NCBI GenBank assembly: GCA_963783385.1 | Contig: CAWANJ010000001.1 | Span: forward strand, 352,001-416,000 | DNA from: an uncultured Gemmatimonadales bacterium | Lineage (GTDB): Bacteria > Gemmatimonadota > Gemmatimonadetes > Palauibacterales > Palauibacteraceae | Reading direction: 5' to 3' | DNA length: 64,000 nucleotides | Notes under the pieces: model-generated | The model's input: only the letters and a program-made list of their open reading frames with translations | Databases searched by the model: none | Told to the model about the DNA's origin: nothing | Shown here: in pieces, positions 9,881-19,485 of the stretch | How the letters are laid out: each line of letters opens with the position of its first letter | How positions within the stretch are numbered: position 1 is the first letter of the stretch | Program-made: the position numbers and the translations under genes

Positions 9881-11605
9881 ATGGGGGACCGACACAGAGA
9901 CACAGACCGCGACGGGCCCTCCGGCCTCAGCCGCCGGTCGTTCGTGCGCAGCGCCGCGATCGGCGGCCTGGCGGTGGCCGCCGGGCCCGGCAGCCTGGCC
10001 TGCGCCCCCGACGCCGACGACGCCCGGTCGCCCGGCGGGGACCCGCCCGGCGACTCCCCGTTCGTCGTGCCCGACTTCGAATACGAGGAGGCGACGATCG
10101 CCGACCTCCAGAAGCGCATGGAGGAGGGTAGTCTCACCGCCCGGCGGCTCACCGAGGCTTACCTGGCCCGCATCGAGGCGCTGGACGGCAAGGGACCGCA
10201 GCTCTCCCAGGTGCTCCAGACGAACCCCGAGGCCCTGGACATGGCCGACCGACTGGACCGGGAGCGCAAGGCCGGCCATCGGCGTGGACCCATGCACGGG
10301 ATCCCGGTGCTCCTCAAGGACAACATCGCCACGGCGGACGAGATGGAGAGCGCCGCCGGCTCGCTGGCGCTGGTGGGCTCGAAGCCGCCGCGCGACGCCT
10401 TCGTGGCCCGGCGGCTCCGGGAGGCCGGGGCGATCCTGCTCGGGAAGACCAACCTGAGCGAGTGGGCGAACTTCCGTTCCTCGCACTCGTCCAGCGGCTG
10501 GAGCGGGCGCGGCGGCCAGGGCCGGAATCCCTACGCCCTCGACCGCACGCCGTGCGGGTCCAGCTCGGGCTCCGGCGCGGCGGCGTCGGCCAACCTGTGC
10601 GCGGTGGCCGTCGGCACGGAGACCGACGGATCGGTGACCTGTCCCTCCAACGCGAACTCGCTGGTGGGGATCAAGCCCACCCTCGGCCTCGTGAGCCGCT
10701 CGGGCATCGTGCCCATCGCCCACAGCCAGGACACCGCGGGCCCCATGGCCCGCAGCGTGAGGGATGCGGCCATCCTGCTCGGCGCGATGGCCGGCGTGGA
10801 CGCCCGCGATCCGGCCACGGCGGTCGCGAAGGGCCACGTCGAGGCCGACTACACCGGCGTCCTGGACGCGAACGGCCTGAAGGGGGCCAGGATCGGCGTC
10901 GTCCGGGACCACTACTTCGGCTACAGCCCCAAGGCCGACGCCATCGCCGAGGAGGCGCTTCAGGCGCTGCGCGACGCCGGCGCGGTCCTCGTCGATCCGG
11001 CGAACATCCCGACGGCGGGCCAGTGGGGGGACTCGGAGTTCGAGGTGCTGCTCTACGAGTTCAAGGCCGACCTGAACGCCTACCTGACCGATCTGGGAGC
11101 CGGCGCACGCGTGCACACGCTGGCCGACGTGATCGCGTTCAACAGGGCCCACGCCGAGCAGGAGATGCCCTATTTCGGCCAGGACATCATGGACCAGGCG
11201 GAGGCCAAGGGCCCGCTCACCGAGGCCGCCTACAGGAAGGCCCTGGAGAAGAACCACCGCCTCACCCGGGCGGGAGGAATCGACAAGGTCATGGACGAGC
11301 ACCGGCTGGATGCCCTGGTGGCACCCACGTCGGGGCCGCCCTGGGTCATCGACCTGGTGAACGGGGATGCGGGGGGCGGGAGCTTCACGTCGCCCGCCGC
11401 CGTGGCCGGCTATCCCCACATTACCGTGCCGGCCGGCTACACCTTCGGCTTGCCCGTTGGCTTCTCGTTCGTGGGCCGCGCCTGGAGCGAGCCGACCCTG
11501 CTGAGGCTCGCCTACGCCTTCGAGCAGGCCACCAAGGTACGGCGTGCCCCGACGTTTCGCCGCAGCGCGGACCTGGCGGCCGTGTCGTCCGGCGGCGCGG
11601 GCTGA
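9881..11605 (+). CDS. Amidase-signature family amidase with Tat (lipo)signal
   Basis: SRRSFV twin-arginine motif; SLAC lipobox-like; LLKDN, GSSSGS, GTETDGS (Ser-cisSer-Lys triad). Confidence 0.92.
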   Translation: MGDRHRDTDRDGPSGLSRRSFVRSAAIGGLAVAAGPGSLACAPDADDARSPGGDPPGDSPFVVPDFEYEEATIADLQKRMEEGSLTARRLTEAYLARIEALDGKGPQLSQVLQTNPEALDMADRLDRERKAGHRRGPMHGIPVLLKDNIATADEMESAAGSLALVGSKPPRDAFVARRLREAGAILLGKTNLSEWANFRSSHSSSGWSGRGGQGRNPYALDRTPCGSSSGSGAAASANLCAVAVGTETDGSVTCPSNANSLVGIKPTLGLVSRSGIVPIAHSQDTAGPMARSVRDAAILLGAMAGVDARDPATAVAKGHVEADYTGVLDANGLKGARIGVVRDHYFGYSPKADAIAEEALQALRDAGAVLVDPANIPTAGQWGDSEFEVLLYEFKADLNAYLTDLGAGARVHTLADVIAFNRAHAEQEMPYFGQDIMDQAEAKGPLTEAAYRKALEKNHRLTRAGGIDKVMDEHRLDALVAPTSGPPWVIDLVNGDAGGGSFTSPAAVAGYPHITVPAGYTFGLPVGFSFVGRAWSEPTLLRLAYAFEQATKVRRAPTFRRSADLAAVSSGGAG

Positions 11606-11676
11606 GCCCCGGGAGCCGATGAGCGAAGGGGGCGGCCGTGGCCGCCCCCTCCCGGACGTCCGATCGACGGACGGCC

Positions 11677-12597
11677 TCAGCCGCCGGTCGAGTCCTTCTC
11701 CGTGCCCTGCCCGTCTTCGTGGCCGTCCTGGTCGCGGTCCTCGAAACCGCGGAGCGAGCGCCGGATGTTCTGGGCCACCTGCTCGGCGTTCGGCCCGCCG
11801 GCCGCCGCCGTGGCGGGATCGATCAGCCGCCCGTCGGCGTCCACGAACCACGTCCGAACGTCGAAGGTGAGCGTCAGGTTGGTGGGCGTACCGCCGTCGG
11901 TGACCTCGAGCGGTGGCTGCAATGCCACGCGCTCGTGCAGCTCCAGTCGACGTTCCAGCGTGAAATCCTGGCCGTTCCACGTGCCATCCACCCGAACGCT
12001 CACGCTGTCCAGGCCGGGGTGCTCCGACAGGAAGGCGTCGTCGGCCGAGTCCGAGGCGACGGGCGCGTGAATGTCGAAGTCGGCCTTTTCGTAGGTCCCG
12101 ACCGGGAGCTCGAGGCTGGCCACGTGATCCAGCGCCCCGTCGAGCGGGAGGGTGACGAGCATGGGGCCAGGCGCCTGCACCTCGCAGTCTTCGTGCTCCG
12201 ACTCGAGGTCGGCGGATCCAGCGGACCCCTCGGAACCGGAGATCGAGCCGTCTCCCGCCGTCGAATCGGAGCTCGACGTGGAGTCCGCGCTCGAGGCCGA
12301 GTCGGCGCGACTGGCGCTGTCGCCCGCGCAGGAGCCGTCCACGAGCTCGAGCTCGACCTTCTTGACCACCAGCGCGACGTCGCTGAGGACGAGCGTGCTG
12401 TCCCCGGCCGTCTGTGTCACGTCGAACGATGCCGAGCGCGATGGCGAGGCGGAGGGCGTGGAGGCCGGCACCGCCACCGACAGCGACACCGGCTGGCGGC
12501 CTCCGGGTCCCGACGTATTGTTGCAGGCCGCGACCGTGACCCCGGCCGCGAAGAGTGCGGCGGTCCCCGACGCGACCTTCCAACGATGGATCCGCAT
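11677..12597 (-). CDS. Hypothetical lipoprotein (DUF4382-like)
   Basis: VAAC lipobox, beta-rich body, GGGGAG SD upstream of the ATG. Confidence 0.65.
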   Translation of the reverse strand: MRIHRWKVASGTAALFAAGVTVAACNNTSGPGGRQPVSLSVAVPASTPSASPSRSASFDVTQTAGDSTLVLSDVALVVKKVELELVDGSCAGDSASRADSASSADSTSSSDSTAGDGSISGSEGSAGSADLESEHEDCEVQAPGPMLVTLPLDGALDHVASLELPVGTYEKADFDIHAPVASDSADDAFLSEHPGLDSVSVRVDGTWNGQDFTLERRLELHERVALQPPLEVTDGGTPTNLTLTFDVRTWFVDADGRLIDPATAAAGGPNAEQVAQNIRRSLRGFEDRDQDGHEDGQGTEKDSTGG

Positions 12598-12951
12598 GGC
12601 ATGCTCCCCTTCCGTGTGACAGGACACCAATGGGGAACGGATGCACGAAGGGGCCAAAGGCCTCACTGGCCCCGGCCCCTTCGCGACGGTGAACCCGACC
12701 CGTCGGTCGAGAGTGCCCGTTCCCCTGGACGGACCGCAGGAGAAGCAGCCTCCGTGCCGGACCACCCGCCGGGTACGGCGCGCGTGCGGTGGCCGCCGAT
12801 CCATCAGGCGAGGCGGGGATTGCGAGCGGTCCGCCGCCGGCGAGGGAGGGGGACGGAGCGCGCGCCGCCCGCGCCCGGGTGTGAAAAGAATGCACACCCC
12901 TTCAACGAATGCGCGAGCCGGGCCTGGAGGCGAGCGCACGGGACCGCTCGA

Positions 12952-12979
12952 TTGACACGGACCCGTCGGATGCTAGGAT
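12952..12979 (+). promoter_or_regulatory. Sigma70-like promoter TTGACA-N16-TAGGAT with extended -10 TG
   Basis: Consensus -35 and near-consensus -10 about 70 nt upstream of the 13048 gene. Confidence 0.55.
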
Positions 12980-13047
12980 GGCAGGCCCACGCCGCCGGCC
13001 CTGAGTCGCGAGCCGCCGGCGCGCACCCTCGACCCCCGGGAGGCCCC

Positions 13048-13848
13048 ATGCAGACCCCGTCCCGAGCCCTGTGGGCGACCGCCATCCTGGCCCTGGCGGC
13101 GTCCGCCGCCGGCTGCGGCCGGCAGGATCGATCGGCCGCCGGCCGTACCTTCACCTCCGGCCGAGAGCTCCTGCAGGCCATGCACGACCTCTACCAGGAC
13201 CACTGGCCACGCAACGTCACCTTCGTCCAGCAGACGGTCCGCTACCCGGGCGAGGGGAAGGCGGATACCACGACCTGGTACGAGGCGCTGACGGCCGGGA
13301 AGCTCCGCATCGACATGGAGCCCCTCGAACAGGGGAACGGCGCCCTGTACGTGGACGGGATGCGCTACAGCTACCAGAACGGCCGGCTGGCCGACTCGGC
13401 CGCGGACACCAACCCGCTCGCCGTGCTCCTGGCGGACGTCTACCTGCAACCCGTCGCGCGGAGCGCCAGGGTCCTGGACAGCCTGGGCGTGGACCTCGGC
13501 CCGATCCGCCGGGGCGAGTGGAACGGCGCTCCGGTATGGATCGTGGGGGCTCCCCCCGGAGACTCCACCTCGCCGCAGTTCTGGGTGGACGCGGATCGGC
13601 TCCTCACGGTACGGGACATCCAGCCCCTCGGGCCGCGGCTCCTGGACGCCCGTATCGACGGCTGGAAACGGCTCGCCGACGGCTGGGTGGAGACGCACCT
13701 GGACCTCTACCTGGACGGCAAGCTGTTCCAGACCGAGGACTACTCGAACATCCGATCGCCCGACCGGCTGGATCCCACCCTGTTCGATCCGGCGCACTGG
13801 AAGCCGATCACCGACGACCGCTACTGGGAAGGGGAAGGCGCGTCCTGA
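13048..13848 (+). CDS. Hypothetical lipoprotein (LolA/LolB-like fold possible)
   Basis: GGAGG SD, AAGC lipobox, NVTFVQQT...WYEA...KLRID, QFWVDADRLL. Confidence 0.65.
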   Translation: MQTPSRALWATAILALAASAAGCGRQDRSAAGRTFTSGRELLQAMHDLYQDHWPRNVTFVQQTVRYPGEGKADTTTWYEALTAGKLRIDMEPLEQGNGALYVDGMRYSYQNGRLADSAADTNPLAVLLADVYLQPVARSARVLDSLGVDLGPIRRGEWNGAPVWIVGAPPGDSTSPQFWVDADRLLTVRDIQPLGPRLLDARIDGWKRLADGWVETHLDLYLDGKLFQTEDYSNIRSPDRLDPTLFDPAHWKPITDDRYWEGEGAS

Positions 13849-13867
13849 GGCGCCCTTGCCGCGCGAG

Positions 13868-13898
13868 CGGGTTCCCCGCCCATTGAGCGGGGAACCCG
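13868..13898. repeat. Intergenic inverted repeat / hairpin
   Basis: cgggttccccgc-ccattga-gcggggaacccg (12-bp stem) between the lipoprotein and cupin genes. Confidence 0.55.
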
Positions 13899-13918
13899 AG
13901 CCGAGAGGAGTCCTGCCC

Positions 13919-14296
13919 ATGAGCCGATCCGAGGCCCGGCACTACCGCTGGGATGACATGCCGCGCGAGCCGGTCACGGACGTGATCAGCCGTCGCCTGG
14001 TCACGGGCGAGCGCATGATGCTGGCCCACGTATACCTGGACCGGGGCGCGGTCGTGCCGAAGCACGAGCACGACAACGAGCAGATCACCTACATCCTCGA
14101 GGGGGCGCTCCGCTTCTGGCTGGGCGAGGACGGCCAGGAGGAGATCGTGGTCCGCGCCGGGGAGGTGCTCCACATCCCCTCCCACCTCCCGCACAAGGCG
14201 GAGGCGCTCGAGGACACGCTGGACGTCGACGTGTTCTGCCCTCCGCGCCAGGATTGGCTGGACGGGACGGACTCCTACTTCCACGAACAGGGGTGA
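13919..14296 (+). CDS. Cupin domain protein
   Basis: VPKHEHDNEQITYILEG and IPSHLPH metal-binding cupin motifs. Confidence 0.9.
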   Translation: MSRSEARHYRWDDMPREPVTDVISRRLVTGERMMLAHVYLDRGAVVPKHEHDNEQITYILEGALRFWLGEDGQEEIVVRAGEVLHIPSHLPHKAEALEDTLDVDVFCPPRQDWLDGTDSYFHEQG

Positions 14297-14363
14297 GTCG
14301 GGCCCACGACCCGAGCGTGCCCCCGAAAATCCGCTGCAAGACGACCTGCCGGGAGAGGACCGC

Positions 14364-15140
14364 ATGGACCTGGGATTGAGCGAACGCGTGGCCCTCGTGG
14401 GCGGCTCGAGCACCGGCCTCGGACGGGCGGTGGCCCGAGAGCTGGCCGCCGAGGGCGCCGACGTGGTGCTGTGCGCCCGCGGAGCGGAGCAGCTCGAGGA
14501 GACGCGGGCCGCCATCGAGGCGGAGACGGGCGCCGACGTGGCCGCCGTGACCGCGGACCTGTCCACCCTCGAGGGCGTGGAAGCCGCCGCGACGGGAGCG
14601 GAGCGCGCCTTCGGGCGGGTCGACGTCCTGGTCACCAACACGGGCGGGCCGCCGGCCGGCTCGTTCGAGACGCACGACCTGGACACGTGGCGCTCGGCCG
14701 AGCGGCTCCTGCTCGAGAGCGTCGTGGAGCTGGTGCGGCGCGTCCTCCCGGGCATGAAGGAGCGCCGCTGGGGCCGGATCATCACGATCACCTCCATCGC
14801 GGTCAAGCAGCCCATCCAGAACCTCATCCTCTCGAACAGCCTGCGGGCGGCGGTCACGGGGCTGGCCCGCACGCTGGCCAACGACGTCGCCTCGCTCGGG
14901 ATCACGGTGAACAACGTGATGCCCGGCTACACGCGCACCCAGCGTCTCGAGGAGCTGTCGGGCGGTGCGCCGGGCGACGAGGGGGCCTTCGAGCACTGGA
15001 CGAGGGAGATTCCGATGGGCCGCATCGGAAGACCCCGCGAGCTGGCCGCGCTCGTGGCCTTCCTGGCCTCGGAGCGAGCCAGCTACATCACGGGCACCTC
15101 GGTGCCCGTGGATGGCGGCTGGATCCGGTCGCTGCTGTAG
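14364..15140 (+). CDS. SDR family oxidoreductase
   Basis: GGSSTGLG, NTGGPP, LSNSLRAA, VDGG; atypical SDR lacking YxxxK. Confidence 0.88.
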   Translation: MDLGLSERVALVGGSSTGLGRAVARELAAEGADVVLCARGAEQLEETRAAIEAETGADVAAVTADLSTLEGVEAAATGAERAFGRVDVLVTNTGGPPAGSFETHDLDTWRSAERLLLESVVELVRRVLPGMKERRWGRIITITSIAVKQPIQNLILSNSLRAAVTGLARTLANDVASLGITVNNVMPGYTRTQRLEELSGGAPGDEGAFEHWTREIPMGRIGRPRELAALVAFLASERASYITGTSVPVDGGWIRSLL

Positions 15141-15166
15141 CGGAACGAACCGAGTGGAGAGCTGAC

Positions 15167-16117
15167 ATGCCTGCGTCGCAGTTCACGGAGACAGAGTGGA
15201 TCTGGAAGGACGGGACGTTCATCCGGTGGGAGGACGCCCGCCTGCACGTCCTGGCCAGCGCCGTGCAGTTCGGCGCCTCGGTGTTCGAGGGGATCCGCTG
15301 TTACGAGACCCCCGAGGGACCGGCGGTCTTCCGGCTCTCGGACCATATCCGCCGCCTGATCGACTCGTGCCGGGTGTACCGTATGGTCCCCGACCACTCG
15401 CCGGAGGCGCTGGAGGAGGCGTGCGGCGCGGCCGTGGCGCGCAACGAGCTCGGCTCGTGCTACATACGGCCCACGGTGCTGAGAGGCTACGGGGCCGCCG
15501 GCCTCGACACCCGCTCCAGCCCGATCGAGACCTACATCCCCACGTGGCCGTGGGGAACCTACCTGGGGGAAGGCGCCCTCGAGAGGGGCGTCGACGTGTG
15601 CGTCTCGAGCTGGCACCGCCCGCACCCGAACACGTTTCCGGCCAGCGCCAAGGCCGGGGGCCACTACACGAACGCCACCCTGATCAAGCTCGAGGCCATC
15701 GCCAACGGCTTCTCCGAGGGGATCGCGCTCGGACCGGGCGGCCTGGTCAGCGAGGGGAGTGGGCAGAACCTGTTCCTGGTGCGCGACGGGGTCCTCGTCA
15801 CGCCGGACCTGGACGGAACCTCGCTACGCGGGATCACCCGGGACGCCGTCCTCACCCTGGCGGGCGACCTCGAGATCCCGGTGCGGGAGCAGCCGGTGCC
15901 CCGCGAGACCCTCTACTCGGCGGACGAGCTCTTCTTCACGGGCACGGCCGCCGAGGTGACGCCGGTTCGCAGCGTGGACCGGATCACGATCGGGGAGGGC
16001 GTCGCCGGGCCGGTGACCCGGGAGATCCAGGCGCGGTTCATGGCCATCGTGCACGGTGAGGCACCGGACGAGCACGGCTGGCTCACCCCCGTCGAGGCCC
16101 TGGCGAGCGCCGGCTAG
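15167..16117 (+). CDS. ilvE: Branched-chain amino acid aminotransferase (fold IV PLP)
   Basis: FGASVFEGIRCY, AKAGGHY (PLP Lys), EGSGQNLF, LRGITR, FFTGTAAEVTP. Confidence 0.88.
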   Translation: MPASQFTETEWIWKDGTFIRWEDARLHVLASAVQFGASVFEGIRCYETPEGPAVFRLSDHIRRLIDSCRVYRMVPDHSPEALEEACGAAVARNELGSCYIRPTVLRGYGAAGLDTRSSPIETYIPTWPWGTYLGEGALERGVDVCVSSWHRPHPNTFPASAKAGGHYTNATLIKLEAIANGFSEGIALGPGGLVSEGSGQNLFLVRDGVLVTPDLDGTSLRGITRDAVLTLAGDLEIPVREQPVPRETLYSADELFFTGTAAEVTPVRSVDRITIGEGVAGPVTREIQARFMAIVHGEAPDEHGWLTPVEALASAG

Positions 16118-16185
16118 GACCGGGCGCCGCCGTCCGGACGGCCGGCGGCGGGCCGAGAGTCCCGCGGAGGCCGGGGGCCGACCCG

Positions 16186-17829
16186 TCACTCCCGGCCGAG
16201 CTCCCCGGCCCTGTGACGCATGGCCCCCCGGTCCACCTTCCCCAGGTGCGTGCGGGGCAGATCCTCCACCAGCACGACCCGCCTCGGGTACTTGTAGGCC
16301 GCCAGCCGCTCCCGGACCCAGGCCTGGAGCGCCTCGGCGAGATCCCCTTCGCCACCGCCCGAGGGTCGCCCCGCCCCGGCGTCGGTTCCACCGGCCGCGC
16401 CCGACCCCGCGCGCTCGGGCACCACGAAGGCCCACGGCTTGGTGAGGCCGGCCGCGTTGGCGGCCCCCACCACCACCGCCTCGCGCACGGCGGGGTGCTC
16501 CACGAGGCAGTCCTCCACCTCCTTGGGGGAGAGCCACTTTCCCGACACCTTGAGCATGTCGTCTCCACGGCCACAGTAGACGACGTACCCGTCCTCGTCC
16601 TCGCGGACCATGTCGCTGGAGGCGTACCACTCGCCGCGGAAGGCGCGCCGGGATTCGTCCATGCGCTGCCAGTAGCCGATGGCACGTGAGGCGCCCCGCA
16701 CCCACAGCCATCCCGTCTCGCCCCGGGGCAGCTGGCGACCCTCCTCGTCACACACCCGGACCTCGTAGCCGGGCACCGCCTTCCCCAGGGTGCCGGGCCG
16801 CACGTCGCCTCTCCGGTTGGAGAGGAAGATGTGCCACATCTCGGCCGTGCCGAGGCCGTCCAGCAGCTCGACGCCGAAGGTCCCGTCCCAGCGCCGGTGG
16901 AGCTCCACGGGCAGCGCCTCCCCGGCGGACGTCGACACCCGGAGGGACGACAGGTCGCGCGTGGAAGCCGACGGATCGTTCACCAGGCGGTTCACCATGG
17001 TGGGCACGTTGACGAGAACGGTGGGGCGGTGGCGCTCGATGAGGCCGAACAGGCGCTCTGCGGTGCAGCGCTCCGGGAACAGGACCGAGGTGGCGCCGAC
17101 CGCGAACGGGAAGAACAGGTTGGCTCCCATCGCGTAGCCGAAGTAGAGCTTGGGCACCGACAGGGTGACGTCCTCGGGCCCGTAGCCGATCACGTGCCCG
17201 CCGTAGCAGGCGGAGGCGTTGGCGTAGGAGGTGTGTGTCTGGACCGCCGCCTTGGGGCGGCCCGTGGTGCCACCCGAGAACAGCCAGATGGCCGCGTCGT
17301 CCCGGTGCGTGGGGAAGCTGTCGAATTCCTCCGGCGCCGAGGCCAGCGCCTCGTCGAAGGCCGGGTCCCCGACCACCAGCACGGCCTTGAGGAAATCGCG
17401 GCCCCCGCGCGCGGCCCGCTCCCTCGCCTCGAGGAAGGTCCCGACGCGATCCCGGTCGGTCACCAGCGCGGCTGCCCGCGTGTACTCGATGAAGTACTCG
17501 ATCTCCTCGGCCGACAGGCCCGGGTTCACCAGGGCCGCCACCGCCCCCGCCTTGAGCACGGCGAACAGGGTTGCCACCAGCTCGACCCCATCCGGGAGGG
17601 CCAGGAGAACGCGCTGCTCGGGCTCGACTCCGGCATCCCGGAGGCGGTGGGCGAACCGGTTGGCCAGGGCCTGGACCTCCGCGTACGTCCAGCGCCCCGT
17701 GTCGGTGACCACGGCCGTGCGCTCCCCGCGCCCCTCCCGCACGCGGTCGTCCAGGAAGTAGTCGGCGATGTTGAAGCGCTCGGGCGGCACGAACGGCACG
17801 TCGGTCGGGTCGGAAGCGGCTCCAGGCAT
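16186..17829 (-). CDS. Benzoate-CoA ligase family protein (likely anthranilate-CoA ligase, AbmG-like)
   Basis: SGGTTGRPK P-loop, SVPKLYFGY, SAGEALP, DGLGTAEMWHIF, GRGDDMLKVSG; divergent from the abm-like operon. Confidence 0.85.
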   Translation of the reverse strand: MPGAASDPTDVPFVPPERFNIADYFLDDRVREGRGERTAVVTDTGRWTYAEVQALANRFAHRLRDAGVEPEQRVLLALPDGVELVATLFAVLKAGAVAALVNPGLSAEEIEYFIEYTRAAALVTDRDRVGTFLEARERAARGGRDFLKAVLVVGDPAFDEALASAPEEFDSFPTHRDDAAIWLFSGGTTGRPKAAVQTHTSYANASACYGGHVIGYGPEDVTLSVPKLYFGYAMGANLFFPFAVGATSVLFPERCTAERLFGLIERHRPTVLVNVPTMVNRLVNDPSASTRDLSSLRVSTSAGEALPVELHRRWDGTFGVELLDGLGTAEMWHIFLSNRRGDVRPGTLGKAVPGYEVRVCDEEGRQLPRGETGWLWVRGASRAIGYWQRMDESRRAFRGEWYASSDMVREDEDGYVVYCGRGDDMLKVSGKWLSPKEVEDCLVEHPAVREAVVVGAANAAGLTKPWAFVVPERAGSGAAGGTDAGAGRPSGGGEGDLAEALQAWVRERLAAYKYPRRVVLVEDLPRTHLGKVDRGAMRHRAGELGRE

Positions 17830-17938
17830 GTGCGAAATGTCGCCCTCGCGCTAGAATTACTCAACGGCGGGCGGAGAACGTGGGCGCGGCCCGCGTCCCC
17901 CGCGAGGCGATGCGAGGCGGTGCCGGCGCAGGAGGAGC

Positions 17939-18712
17939 ATGCCCGTACGGGAGATGTCGGAGTGCACGTGGGAGGAGCTCGGATCCCTGGATCCGGAGCG
18001 CACGGTCGCCCTCCTGCCCATCGGCGCGGTGGAGGCGCACGGTCCCCACCTTCCGCTGTCCACCGACATCATCATGGCGGAGGCGATGGTCGCGGAGGGA
18101 GCTCGCCGCCTGGCGGACCGGGGGTTCGAGGTGCTCGTCCTGCCGCCCCTCGCCTACACGGCCGCCGGCTTCGCGGCCGGCTTCCCGGGCACGATCGACA
18201 TCCGGCCGGAGACGGTGACCGCCCTCGTCGTGGACGTGGCCGCCAGCCTGGCCCGCCACGGCGTGGGGGCCCTGGGCTTCGCCAGTCCGCACGTGGACCC
18301 CACGCACCGGGCGGCGATGCGGGCGGCGCGGGACGAGATCGTCCGGCGCGGCCTCCTCGTCCCGGTCTTCCCCGACCTCGCCTCCCGGCGATGGGCCCCG
18401 CGGCTGGGGGCGGAGTTCCTGTCCGGCGCCTGCCACGCGGGCCGATTCGAGGGCTCGGTCGTCCTGGCGGCGCGCCCCGACCTGGTCCGGGAAGCGGTCC
18501 GACGCTCCCTGCCGCCCGTCGATGCCTCGCTGTCCGACGCGATCCGGGACGGGAAGACGAGCTTCCGGGAAGCGGGGGCGGCGCGGGCCTACTGCGGCGC
18601 ACCGGCGGAGGCCACGGCCGAGGAGGGCCGGGAGACGATCGGGACGCTGGGGGCGATCCTCGAGGAGGCCGTGCTGGCCGAGCTCCCCGAGGGCGCGGAG
18701 AGGGGCGCGTGA
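17939..18712 (+). CDS. Creatininase-family amidohydrolase
   Basis: GAVEAHGPHLPLSTD and CHAGRFE metal-binding motifs. Confidence 0.88.
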   Translation: MPVREMSECTWEELGSLDPERTVALLPIGAVEAHGPHLPLSTDIIMAEAMVAEGARRLADRGFEVLVLPPLAYTAAGFAAGFPGTIDIRPETVTALVVDVAASLARHGVGALGFASPHVDPTHRAAMRAARDEIVRRGLLVPVFPDLASRRWAPRLGAEFLSGACHAGRFEGSVVLAARPDLVREAVRRSLPPVDASLSDAIRDGKTSFREAGAARAYCGAPAEATAEEGRETIGTLGAILEEAVLAELPEGAERGA

Positions 18713-19485
18713 GCCTCGCGGGCCGCACCGCCGTCGTCACCGGTGGCGGCCGCGGCATCGGTGCGGCCGCCGTCCGCGCCCTGTCGGAGGCCGGGGCAGC
18801 CGTCGTCGTCAGCGCGCGCACGGCCGGCGAGATCGAGGCCGTGGCCGACGACATCCGCTCCGCCGGCGGACGTGCCGTGGCCGTGCCCTGCGACGTCTCG
18901 GACCCCGACGCGGTCGCGGCCCTCGGCGAGGCGGCGACCAGCGAGTTCGGTCCCGTGGACATCCTGGTGCACGGGGCCGGGATCGCCTCCTCCGCCCCCA
19001 TCGGGCAGCTCGAGCTGGAAGAGTGGCGGCGGGTGCTCGAGGTGAACGCCACCGGCGCCTTCCTCTGCACCCGGGCCTTCCTGCCCGGCATGGCCGAGCG
19101 CGGCTGGGGCCGGGTCGTGTACGTGGCTTCGGTGGCCGGGCTCGCCGGGGCGCGGTACATCGCCGCTTACTCCGCCTCCAAGCACGCCGTGGTGGGGCTG
19201 ACCCGCTGCGCCGCGGCCGAGGTGGCCGGCCGGGGGGTCACCGTGAACGCCCTGTGCCCCGGCTACGTGGACACGGCCATGACACGGGACTCGGTGGCCA
19301 ACATCGCGGCCACCACGGGCCGAACGCCGGAGGAGGCCCTCGGGATCCTCCGCTCCGACAATCCCCAGGGTCGTCTCATCGAGCCCGGCGAGGTGGCGGA
19401 CGCGGCCGTGTGGCTGTGCGGGGAGGGAGCGCGCGGCGTGAACGGACAGGCCCTGGTGATCGACGGAGGAGGACTCCTGGCGTGA
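18709..19485 (+). CDS. SDR / 3-hydroxyacyl-CoA dehydrogenase-like (AbmB-like)
   Basis: TGGGRGIG, YSASK, CPGYVDT; GTGA overlap with the upstream gene. Confidence 0.85.
   Translation: MSLAGRTAVVTGGGRGIGAAAVRALSEAGAAVVVSARTAGEIEAVADDIRSAGGRAVAVPCDVSDPDAVAALGEAATSEFGPVDILVHGAGIASSAPIGQLELEEWRRVLEVNATGAFLCTRAFLPGMAERGWGRVVYVASVAGLAGARYIAAYSASKHAVVGLTRCAAAEVAGRGVTVNALCPGYVDTAMTRDSVANIAATTGRTPEEALGILRSDNPQGRLIEPGEVADAAVWLCGEGARGVNGQALVIDGGGLLA

Noticed and set aside
2132-12895. Very long alternative-frame and antisense ORFs (e.g. 2132-4261, 6580-9171, 9614-12895; likewise 43837-46446, 55710-58139, 57997-60510)
   Set aside because: Arg/Gly/Pro-rich shadows of real genes, caused by the scarcity of stop codons at high GC; no domain motifs
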